Part shown: positions 27,014 to 35,303 of the stretch, one piece after another
Layout: the number at the start of each line of letters is the position of its first letter
Position numbering within the stretch: the first letter of the stretch is position 1
NCBI GenBank assembly: GCA_016935435.1
Contig: JAFGQZ010000053.1
Location: 3,558 to 67,557 of the forward strand
Direction of reading: 5' to 3'
Source of the DNA: Bacteroidales bacterium
GTDB taxonomy: Bacteria; Bacteroidota; Bacteroidia; Bacteroidales; UBA10428
Length of the DNA stretch: 64,000 nucleotides
Made by a program: the position numbers and the translations under genes
Notes under the pieces: generated by a model
The model's input: the letters and a program-made list of their open reading frames with translations, nothing else
Database searches by the model: none
What the model was told of the DNA's origin: nothing

Positions 27014-29362
27014 ATGAACAATTATACTGATTCAAGACAAAATTTCACCGACGATTCGGACATAAAAAGGTACCTGAAGCTGTTTTATTCCAAGTGGTAT
27101 TATTTCCCGGTTTCATTGCTGTTGGCCTTACTTATTGTAAAGGCTGTGAACGAAGTTACCACACCGATATACCGTGCAAAATGTAATATTGTTATTGGCG
27201 ACGATTTGGCCGATCCGATTACCAATAGCCAGATATTAGGGAGCGGCATAGACTTTAGCCGGATAAACCCAATAAATAAAGAAATTGGGGTGTTAAAATC
27301 GAAAAAACTGGCAGAAGAAACCATCGATTCGTTAAACTTAACCTATCAGTGCTACGAGTTAAAAAAAGGCTACAAATATTTTAAAAGGCGTGTTTATAAC
27401 AATATCCCGTTTGAAATTATTATTGATTCGGCCGACTTTTTTGTTACCGACAAAGAAATAATACTGAAAATTACAGGGGCAAACACAATAGAGGTTGCTA
27501 TAAACAGCGGCTATAACGTTAATAAAACTATAAAAACCGGCGAAAAGTTTACCTGCCGTAACTTCAGCTTTACTATCAGGCATTCGAAAGGTTTTAACGA
27601 TTTTTCGGGTTTTATAAACAAAAAATATTCATATACTTTTAAAAGTGTTTATGCCCTTGCCAGTGAATATACCAATAAGCTCAAAGTTGAAATAGATCCG
27701 GTAAGCCAGAATATCCTTAAACTTTCCATTGAAGATGAAAACCTTTTCCAATCGATTGATTATTTAAATATGTTATGCGATTTGTACATAAAAAACGATA
27801 TCAACATAAGAAATATTATAGCCACAAAAACAATTGAATATATCGATTTGCAACTGGGAATATTGTCGGAACAGCTTAATGAGGCCGAAGACAGCCTTAT
27901 CGACTTTAACCGCAACAATAAAATGGTGCTTTCTGAATTGGGCAACCAATTGGCGCAGAACTATTACCAGTTGGAAAAAGAAATTGAAGAGCTGAACCTC
28001 CGGTCGAATTGGTATAGGGAAATGACGAAAATGGCCGGGACTTTAAAAAACTCCAGGGGCATAATTTTTTCAGGGGGCATAAGCACAAGCGATGAAATTT
28101 CAAAGCAGCTTGAGCTTATAAATTCGCTGGTTGTGCAGCGCGAGGTTTTGCTGAAAAACCAATCGGAAAGCAGTTTAGATGTTAAATTAATCGACCAGCA
28201 AATTGATGTGAACATAAAAATACTCTCCGATTATTACGAGAAAGGGCTGGAACAAATTGAAAACACTAAGAAATACCTGGCAGGGCAGCTTAGCTTTATT
28301 GACTCGCAGCTACAAAGCCTGCCCGAAAGCCAAAGAAAAAGAATTAAGTTTGAACGCGAATTTAAACTGGCAGAAAATATATATAACATATACCAGCAAA
28401 AGAGAATTGAGGCCATTCTTGCCAAAGAATCGACCATATCGAAAATCAGGATACTTGATCCGGCCCGTTATGAAGATCACATGATGGTAAGCCCACGCGA
28501 AAAGTACAATTACAGGGTTGGGGTAACCCTGGCGCTTTTGCTGCCCGCCCTTTTAATAATCGTTTACAAAAGTTTCTCGAACAAAATTGAAGATTTCAAT
28601 GAAATACGTGCAAAATCAAAAAGCATTATACTGGGGAAAATTTATCATGCCGAACTGGTAAGCGAGCTGCCAATAGTCGATTTTCCTCAATCGGCTATAG
28701 CCGAATCGTTTTATAAATTGTTTACACGTTTGAAATTTTTAAAGCCCGAGCCGGGCGTAAAAATAATTTCGGTAACCTCGGGGGCCAGCGGCGACGGCAA
28801 AACTTTCTGTGCCTCGAACCTGGCATCGGCCATAGCCCTTACAGGTAAAAGGGTGGCATTGTTAAGCCTTGATTTACGCAGGCCTAAAATACACGATATT
28901 TTCGATGTGCAAATATCACCCGGAATAGTTGATTATTTATTGAACAGGGCAGATTTGAAAAATATAATACGCAATACTAAGCTTGAGAACCTCGACATCG
29001 TGCCTTCCGGCTCGGTGCCACCCGACCCTATTGCTTTAATAAACCAGCCCAGAATGGGGGAAATGTTCAAACTATTGTCGGACCAATACGATTATGTTAT
29101 TGTTGACACACCGCCTATTGGCATGGTTGCCGACTCGATGCTAATCGGTAAGCTTTCGGACCTTACCATTATGATCCTGCGCATCCGTTTTACCAAAAAA
29201 GTCATTTTCGAACTTATCGATGAGCTTCAGGAAAACAACAACCTGGAGAACCTTGCCCTGGTTGTAAACGATATTAAAGCTTTTAATTCGTATAGTGGGA
29301 ATGGGTATTATAAATATTACCATGTTACAGAGAAAAAAGAGAAAAAAAGTAATTTGATTTAA
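27014..29362 (+). CDS. wzc: polysaccharide co-polymerase / BY-family tyrosine autokinase (Wzc/GumC-like)
   Basis: 782 aa. N-terminal TM helix, long coiled-coil periplasmic region and second TM (VGVTLALLLPALLIIVY). Cytoplasmic kinase domain with Walker A SGASGDGKTF, A' LLSLDLRRP and B YVIVDTPP. Tyr-rich tail YSGNGYYKYYH. Confidence 0.9.
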   Translation: MNNYTDSRQNFTDDSDIKRYLKLFYSKWYYFPVSLLLALLIVKAVNEVTTPIYRAKCNIVIGDDLADPITNSQILGSGIDFSRINPINKEIGVLKSKKLAEETIDSLNLTYQCYELKKGYKYFKRRVYNNIPFEIIIDSADFFVTDKEIILKITGANTIEVAINSGYNVNKTIKTGEKFTCRNFSFTIRHSKGFNDFSGFINKKYSYTFKSVYALASEYTNKLKVEIDPVSQNILKLSIEDENLFQSIDYLNMLCDLYIKNDINIRNIIATKTIEYIDLQLGILSEQLNEAEDSLIDFNRNNKMVLSELGNQLAQNYYQLEKEIEELNLRSNWYREMTKMAGTLKNSRGIIFSGGISTSDEISKQLELINSLVVQREVLLKNQSESSLDVKLIDQQIDVNIKILSDYYEKGLEQIENTKKYLAGQLSFIDSQLQSLPESQRKRIKFEREFKLAENIYNIYQQKRIEAILAKESTISKIRILDPARYEDHMMVSPREKYNYRVGVTLALLLPALLIIVYKSFSNKIEDFNEIRAKSKSIILGKIYHAELVSELPIVDFPQSAIAESFYKLFTRLKFLKPEPGVKIISVTSGASGDGKTFCASNLASAIALTGKRVALLSLDLRRPKIHDIFDVQISPGIVDYLLNRADLKNIIRNTKLENLDIVPSGSVPPDPIALINQPRMGEMFKLLSDQYDYVIVDTPPIGMVADSMLIGKLSDLTIMILRIRFTKKVIFELIDELQENNNLENLALVVNDIKAFNSYSGNGYYKYYHVTEKKEKKSNLI

Positions 29363-29379
29363 CCTTTTAACACCGCATA

Positions 29380-30168
29380 ATGAAACCTGCTGTTTTTTTT
29401 GTTTCAATTGTTACATTCTTTATGTTGTCGTGCAACAACAGGGCCTATATTTATTTCTACGAAAGCCCTTCAGGTTATTCCGACACAATACTTTACAAGC
29501 CGGTTAAAACAACTTATCTGGTTAAACCCGACGATATTCTTTATGTGGAGTTCCATAGTGCTTCAACCGATGCTGAACAGCAATTCAGCTCAAAAGCTGT
29601 TACCGGGGGGGGCAACATAGAATTGTCGCCTTCTGTGATATATATTAACCATTATGTTGTGTCGGGTAATGGTACAATAAAAATGCCTGTTTTGGGTGAG
29701 ATTTCTGTTGCAGGTTTATCGGCCGAAAATATTGAAAAGCTTATTGAAAACGAAGGACGAAAGTACATAAACGATATTACAGCAAAGGTTAAGCTGGTTA
29801 GTTATAAAATTACCTTTTTGGGGGAATTTGGCGATCCGGGGGAGAAATATTTTTACAGCGATAATGTTAGCTTGTTCGATGCCTTGGCAGCTGCGGGCGA
29901 AATAACATATTACGGCAACCGAAAAAACCTTAGGGTTATGAGGCAAACCACCGAAGGCATTAAATCGTTCAGGATTAACCTGAACGACCCGGAACTGATA
30001 AATTCGCCTTACTTTTACCTGAAGCCCAACGATATTGTTTATGCCGAGCCCAAAGCCCGTAAAACTTTCAGGTTGTTGGCTGCCGACTATAGTTTGCTAA
30101 TAGTAACTATTACCTCAACATTAACTATTATTACCCTAATTATTACAAACCAAAGGCCTGCACAATAA
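29380..30168 (+). CDS. wza: outer-membrane polysaccharide export lipoprotein (Wza/OPX family, short form)
   Basis: 262 aa. Lipoprotein signal MKPAVFFVSIVTFFMLSC. Poly_export-like block VSGNGTIKMPVLGEISVAGLSAENIEKLIE. SLBB-like region and a hydrophobic C-terminal helix LLIVTITSTLTIITLIIT. Confidence 0.85.
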   Translation: MKPAVFFVSIVTFFMLSCNNRAYIYFYESPSGYSDTILYKPVKTTYLVKPDDILYVEFHSASTDAEQQFSSKAVTGGGNIELSPSVIYINHYVVSGNGTIKMPVLGEISVAGLSAENIEKLIENEGRKYINDITAKVKLVSYKITFLGEFGDPGEKYFYSDNVSLFDALAAAGEITYYGNRKNLRVMRQTTEGIKSFRINLNDPELINSPYFYLKPNDIVYAEPKARKTFRLLAADYSLLIVTITSTLTIITLIITNQRPAQ

Positions 30169-30175
30169 AAACCGG

Positions 30176-32071
30176 TTACATGCGCCTGATAGCCAGCCCG
30201 TATGCTTTGTCGTAAAATTTGCCCAGTTTGTGCCAGTCGAACTGTTCCGACGAGGCTTCAACCCTGTTGCGCTGCATAATGCGCTGGCGCCGGTTTTGTT
30301 TCAGGAAGTCGAACATCATATTCGATAAATCTTCGGCAGCAGCATCGAAGGTGCGGTTTTTTCGCCGTAAAATATAAATGCCCACTTTTTCATAATCCTC
30401 GATACTTTGCTTGGCGAACGAACCAAAGCCTGCCAAATCGCTGGTAATACTGGGTATGCCCGAGGCAATACATTCCATGGGGGTATATCCCCATGGTTCG
30501 TAATAGCTGGGAAATACGCCCAGGTGGCAGCCCCTGATAAACTGGTAATATTCCATATGGAACAAGGGGTTTGAAGTAGATATAAAGTCGGGGTGGTAAA
30601 CAATCTTCACCCTGTCGTCGGGGTTATTGAGCATATTGCTCGATTTCAGAAAGTTCATAATCGAGTCGTTTTGCTCATCAACAAGATTATGTGTAACTAC
30701 CGGGGGCAGCCTTTTGGTGCGCCACGACTGGAGGTTATTGCGCAACCGCAAAACATTAGTATCGTCGAGCATGGTATTTAAATCGGGCATAACAAACCCT
30801 TTTTTCTCGGAAGTAACCTGGTAGAACAATTTCTCGGCAATAGATTCCTGCAATTGTTCGCAATTGCGCTTAATTTCGTCGAGCATGGCTTTCGAGCGCA
30901 ATACATCGGAGTTCATGCTGTAGAAAGGGTTACGGGTAATAATAAAGGTTACTACGGTAAGGTTGGTGTTGGCCTGTTTCATTTTCCAGTTCAGGCGGGC
31001 AAGGGCTTCCAGAACTAAATCGTATCCCTTGTTCTTATATTCGTACCTGCCCGAAGTAAAAAAGTAAACCGTTTTGTTCAGGTCGAACGAATAACTTTGG
31101 AAGAAATGGCTAAGCGCAAATTCGTTAATGCGTTCTTTATATTGGCGGTGAAGGTTTTGAAATTCATGCAGGGCTTCGAAACGGCCAACATTAAGTGCGT
31201 TGGGCAGAATTACTTCGGGTTCGCGGCCCAGAAACACTTTGCATTCCTGCGCTGTTATTTCGCTAACAGTTGTAAATACATGTGCCCCGTGGGCAGCGGC
31301 CCTTTCGATGCTTGCAATGGTTTCGACATTAAAGGTTTTTGCCTCGTGTGCCCAGTTATACTTGTTAAGGTTTTCGTAAAACCAGGGGTCGTTCATGGCC
31401 AGGTAACGGCCTAAAAGGGTTGCATGTGTTGTAAAAACAATTTTTACCGGAAGGTTGTTGCGCCGTATTTCCGGTATAGGGGTGCCGGCCATCCACTCAT
31501 GGAAATGGGCAATTATTTTTTCTTCTGCCCCGTGGTTTACTATAAACTTTTCAAAAAACACCTGCACCTGGTGGCCAAAAGCTATAACCTGGTTTATCAG
31601 GCAATCGTCGGGTGGCGTGGAAATGCCATGATGTTCCCAGAAAAGGTATTTAATTTCGGCCAGCCTTGGAAAAACTACCATGGGGTCGAAAAGCACTACT
31701 TTTGGGCGCCCAGCAGTGAGCCAATGCCCGTAATAGCTTTTGTAGCCAAGGGCATTCATTTCTTCAACGGTTCTGGCAATCGGATCGTTTGTATCGTATA
31801 TGGGCTCAAATATAGCCTCTGCCTGCTTTTCGAAATATGGGCCGAGCAGAATGTACCTTTCTTTTTGCCATTTTTCTATAACCGAAGGAATTTTCGATTG
31901 GATTACAGTAAAAATACCACCAACCTGGTTACAGACCTCCCAGGCAACTTCGAATAATACCGACGATCCCATTTCGTCTTTCGAAATTCGCCTTAAATAC
32001 GTGCCCCTTACGGGTTTTCCCGTACTGTCGTTATTGTTTTTAAATTCTTTGTTCGACATGTTTTTCAGCAA
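30176..32071 (-). CDS. GT3-type (eukaryote-like) glycogen synthase
   Basis: 631 aa. The N-terminal block LFEVAWEVCNQVGGIFTVIQSK and blocks GHWLTAGRPKVVLFD and FHEWMAG are as in GT3 glycogen [starch] synthases. Confidence 0.85.
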   Translation of the reverse strand: MLKNMSNKEFKNNNDSTGKPVRGTYLRRISKDEMGSSVLFEVAWEVCNQVGGIFTVIQSKIPSVIEKWQKERYILLGPYFEKQAEAIFEPIYDTNDPIARTVEEMNALGYKSYYGHWLTAGRPKVVLFDPMVVFPRLAEIKYLFWEHHGISTPPDDCLINQVIAFGHQVQVFFEKFIVNHGAEEKIIAHFHEWMAGTPIPEIRRNNLPVKIVFTTHATLLGRYLAMNDPWFYENLNKYNWAHEAKTFNVETIASIERAAAHGAHVFTTVSEITAQECKVFLGREPEVILPNALNVGRFEALHEFQNLHRQYKERINEFALSHFFQSYSFDLNKTVYFFTSGRYEYKNKGYDLVLEALARLNWKMKQANTNLTVVTFIITRNPFYSMNSDVLRSKAMLDEIKRNCEQLQESIAEKLFYQVTSEKKGFVMPDLNTMLDDTNVLRLRNNLQSWRTKRLPPVVTHNLVDEQNDSIMNFLKSSNMLNNPDDRVKIVYHPDFISTSNPLFHMEYYQFIRGCHLGVFPSYYEPWGYTPMECIASGIPSITSDLAGFGSFAKQSIEDYEKVGIYILRRKNRTFDAAAEDLSNMMFDFLKQNRRQRIMQRNRVEASSEQFDWHKLGKFYDKAYGLAIRRM

Positions 32072-32188
32072 TAACCTTTGTGTTGTTTATTATAAACAGA
32101 TGAAAATACATAATTTAATCGGTATTTTTTTGAACAGCCGAAGTTTTTTGTTATGCTAAAATAATATGCCATACTGCAACAGTAAAGC

Positions 32189-33640
32189 TTAACAAACAGC
32201 CTTAAGAGTGTTAAGGAGGAATTTCCAGAACATATCAACTGTATCGATTTTAACCTTTTCGTCGGGCGAATGGGGGTGCCTGATAGTAGGTCCAAACGAT
32301 ATCATATCGAGGCCCGGGTATTTGCCGCCTATAATGCCGCATTCGAGTCCCGCATGAATGGCCTTGACTTGGGGTTCCCTGCCGAAACCTTTTTTGTATT
32401 GCTCAACCATGGTTTTAAGTATTGCCGAACCCGGATTGGGCTTCCACCCCGGATAGTCGCCGTTAAACTCAAGCTCGCAGCCCAGAATTTTATGGAGCGA
32501 TGCAACCTGGTCTGCCAGTGCATATTTTGCACTGTCAACCGAACTGCGCAGCAGGTAAAGAAATTCCACATTACCGCCAGAAATATTCACTATAGCAAGG
32601 TTTAACGATGTTTCAACTACATCCTGCATGTCGTTGCTCATGCGAACAACGCCGTTTGGCGCTGCATTAAGCATTCCAACAAGGCGCAAGGCATCGTTGT
32701 TGGTTAATACCTTCTTTGGCTGGGCGACTTCCTTCAGGGTAATTTCAATATGGGGGTCGGCAACCCGGTATTCATTTTTTACCATTTCGCAATACTGCGA
32801 GAAATATTGTGCAAAGTCGTTTTCGAATTTCTTGGGCACAATAATTTGTGCACGCGACTCCCGCGGTATTGCATTTCTTAAGTTACCACCGCTTATGCCG
32901 GTAATCTGTAACGGAAAATTAGACAAAGCCGACCAAAGTATGCGGCCGATAAGTTTGTTTGCGTTTGCCCTGCCCAGGTTTATGTCGAGCCCCGAGTGCC
33001 CCCCGCGTAAGCCTGAAATGGTAATTTCGTAAGCAAGCCCCTGCATGGCAGCCTCTTCGTTGTAGGTGGTTTTTGCCGAACCGTTAATTCCTCCGGCACA
33101 GCCAACAAAGAGTTCTCCTTCGTCTTCCGAGTCGAGGTTAATAAGAATTTTGCCTTTAAGCAAACCTTGTTTTAGCCCGAAAGCCCCGTCCATTCCGGTT
33201 TCTTCAGTTACGGTAAAAAGGGCTTCGAGCGGCCCATGTTCAATTTCTGCCGACTCCAGAACGGCTAGCATGGCCGCAACTCCAATGCCGTTATCGGCGC
33301 CAAGTGTTGTTTTATTGGCTTTGAGCCATTCTCCGTCGATTATGGTTTCAATAGGGTCGGTTTCGAAGTTGTGCGCTTTATCGTTGTTTTTCTGCGGCAC
33401 CATGTCAACATGCGACTGCAAAATTACCCCCGGCAGGTTTTCTTTGCCTGGGGTTGCCGGTTTCCTTATTATTATATTGCCGGTTTCATCAATTGTGTAA
33501 TCGAGTTTATGGGCATCTGCAAAGTTTTTAATGTGCCCGATTACTTTTTTTTCGTGCCCCGAAGGACGGGGTATCTGGGTAAGGTCGTAAAAATGTCTCC
33601 AAACTATAGTTGGCTTTAGTTCAATAATTTCTTTTCCCAT
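32189..33640 (-). CDS. pepD: aminoacyl-histidine dipeptidase (M20C, PepD)
   Basis: 483 aa. N-terminus LKPTIVWRHFYDLTQIPRPSGHEKKV, plus QSHVDMVPQKN, LGADNGIGVA and TVTEETGMDGA are canonical PepD motifs. Confidence 0.9.
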   Translation of the reverse strand: MGKEIIELKPTIVWRHFYDLTQIPRPSGHEKKVIGHIKNFADAHKLDYTIDETGNIIIRKPATPGKENLPGVILQSHVDMVPQKNNDKAHNFETDPIETIIDGEWLKANKTTLGADNGIGVAAMLAVLESAEIEHGPLEALFTVTEETGMDGAFGLKQGLLKGKILINLDSEDEGELFVGCAGGINGSAKTTYNEEAAMQGLAYEITISGLRGGHSGLDINLGRANANKLIGRILWSALSNFPLQITGISGGNLRNAIPRESRAQIIVPKKFENDFAQYFSQYCEMVKNEYRVADPHIEITLKEVAQPKKVLTNNDALRLVGMLNAAPNGVVRMSNDMQDVVETSLNLAIVNISGGNVEFLYLLRSSVDSAKYALADQVASLHKILGCELEFNGDYPGWKPNPGSAILKTMVEQYKKGFGREPQVKAIHAGLECGIIGGKYPGLDMISFGPTIRHPHSPDEKVKIDTVDMFWKFLLNTLKAVC

Positions 33641-33702
33641 AATTATTTATTGTTTAATGGTTTTTGTCTTTTTATCTTATTATTAATCAATTTTGCTGTC
33701 AA

Positions 33703-33890
33703 TTATCTCCTATTTCCTTCTTCTTCTTTTAAACTTTGTTTTAATTTCATCCAATTAGCTTATGGGGCATCACTTTCAGATATACACCCAAGACATCAAC
33801 AATTGGAAAACACCATTTTTCCTGCTCATCGTCCCAAAGGGTACGTATTTGCCTTTCATTAAATAATTTTATTACAGTTTCTTTGGTCAT
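33703..33890 (-). pseudogene. decayed 5' remnant of a Bro-N-like (antirepressor/DinD-like) DNA-binding protein gene
   Basis: ATG at 33888-33890 opens a 47-aa ORF, MTKETVIKLFNERQIRTLWDDEQEKWCFPIVDVLGV..., a Bro-N-like N-terminus. The expected continuation appears only in other frames: ..SESDAP.. and ANWMKLKQSLKEEEGN (33706-33759). All trace is lost before pepD. It is shorter than the ORF-track cutoff. Confidence 0.4.
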
Positions 33891-33895
33891 GGCGG

Positions 33896-34447
33896 CTATT
33901 TTAATGAATCGTTATCCCAATTTGCTGGGTTGTTAATAATATATTCCGAAATTTTCATGTATGATTGTTCATTGCGGATAATGTGTTCGTGGTAATTGCG
34001 TTGCCATAATTTTCCGTTGAATCCCAACAAGCCCAATTGTTTTGTAATCGATGATTTATATCCGCGAACAATGGCACCAATTGTTTGGGATGGCGATCGT
34101 AGGGGCGTATCGCATACGCCCTGTTTATTGGGCGAATGCAATTTGTTGGGATTATTGGGCGAATGCAATTCGCCCCTACCCAACAACCTGATGATAATGT
34201 GAATATGGTTTGGCATTATTATAAAATCGCCCAATTCAACATTATTTCGTATTTCGGGTGTTTTTTCCCATTCGTTGTTTGCAATTTGCCCACATTCGTT
34301 TAAAATCATTTTGCTGTTTTCAATTTTTCCAAACAAACAGGCACGATTATGGGTGCAAATGGTTATAAAATACAACCCTGCCTGCGAATAATCGTAACCT
34401 TTCAGGCGGATGCTGCGGCGATGATGCTTTTGTGGATTGTAGGTCAT
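33896..34447 (-). CDS. REP-associated tyrosine transposase-like protein (RAYT / IS200-like Y1 HUH family), solitary copy
   Basis: 183 aa. HUH motif MPNHIHIII and C-terminal tyrosine block WQRNYHEHIIRNEQSYMKISEYIINNP are typical of COG1943 RAYT-like proteins. No IS ends or second IS605-type ORF are nearby. Confidence 0.8.
   Translation of the reverse strand: MTYNPQKHHRRSIRLKGYDYSQAGLYFITICTHNRACLFGKIENSKMILNECGQIANNEWEKTPEIRNNVELGDFIIMPNHIHIIIRLLGRGELHSPNNPNKLHSPNKQGVCDTPLRSPSQTIGAIVRGYKSSITKQLGLLGFNGKLWQRNYHEHIIRNEQSYMKISEYIINNPANWDNDSLK
34102..34175. repeat. two 8-bp-stem/3-nt-loop hairpins plus a 19-bp direct repeat (27-bp period) inside the RAYT ORF
   Basis: Hairpin GGGCGTAT-cgc-ATACGCCC at 34103-34121. 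Hairpin GGGCGAAT-gca-ATTCGCCC at 34157-34175. TTATTGGGCGAATGCAATT occurs at 34125-34143 and again at 34152-34170. This DNA encodes the duplicated peptide LHSPNNPNK/LHSPNKQGV. Confidence 0.8.
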
Positions 34448-34635
34448 TTTACGCTGTTTTCAATTATTTCATTTTTTTTCGGTCAAATTGTATAGTATTT
34501 ATTCGCTTGTACCTTCTGTATTGTACGAATATAGGGCAAGTTGTCTTAAAAACAGCTAATGTTTGTCAGTTTAACAGCATAGTTGCAACAAATTTATTTA
34601 CTTTGCGTTTTTGTATTTGTATTATTTAAATTGAT

Positions 34636-35157
34636 ATGAGAGGATTTGTACTTTTATTGCTTGCGGTTTTTATGTCTTCGGCCATAGCGGCCCAGAAGGT
34701 TAAATGGTACACCATTGAAGAGGCCCTGGAAATGAACAAGAAAGAGCCCCGTAAAATAATGATTGATGTGTACACCGATTGGTGCGGGTGGTGCAAAGTG
34801 CTCGATCAGAAAACTTTTCAGAACGATACGGTTGCCGAATATTTAAACAAGAATTTCTACCCTGTAAAATTTAACGCCGAGCAGCGTGAACAAGTGGTTT
34901 TTAACGGGCATACTTACAAATTTGTTGAGCAGGGCGCACGCGGTTACCACGAGCTTGCGGCGGCTTTCCTGGGCGGACAGATGAGTTACCCTTCGGTGGT
35001 TTTTTTCGATGAAAATATTCAAGGGCTGCATATAGAGAAAGGTTTTATTGATGCCGCCAGGTTCGACAGAATATTAAAATTTATCGGGGGCAATTTCTAC
35101 AAAACTACTGCCTGGGATATATGGTCGGCGGGTTATAAATCGCCAATTCCGAATTGA
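34636..35157 (+). CDS. secreted thioredoxin-fold protein (DUF255/Thioredoxin_7-like)
   Basis: 173 aa. Signal peptide MRGFVLLLLAVFMSSAIAAQ. CxxC redox motif in DVYTDWCGWCKVLD. Confidence 0.8.
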   Translation: MRGFVLLLLAVFMSSAIAAQKVKWYTIEEALEMNKKEPRKIMIDVYTDWCGWCKVLDQKTFQNDTVAEYLNKNFYPVKFNAEQREQVVFNGHTYKFVEQGARGYHELAAAFLGGQMSYPSVVFFDENIQGLHIEKGFIDAARFDRILKFIGGNFYKTTAWDIWSAGYKSPIPN

Positions 35158-35303
35158 ACTATTTCTGCCCTTAAAAAAACTTCTTATCCGGATATACAAA
35201 ATATCTTAAACCTGTATTGGGTTTCGGTGCCCTATTATGCCCAGTGCCAATATCCGATTGAAATATCGCCCTTTATATGCTGGTTTTAACCAAAAAAAAC
35301 AAT

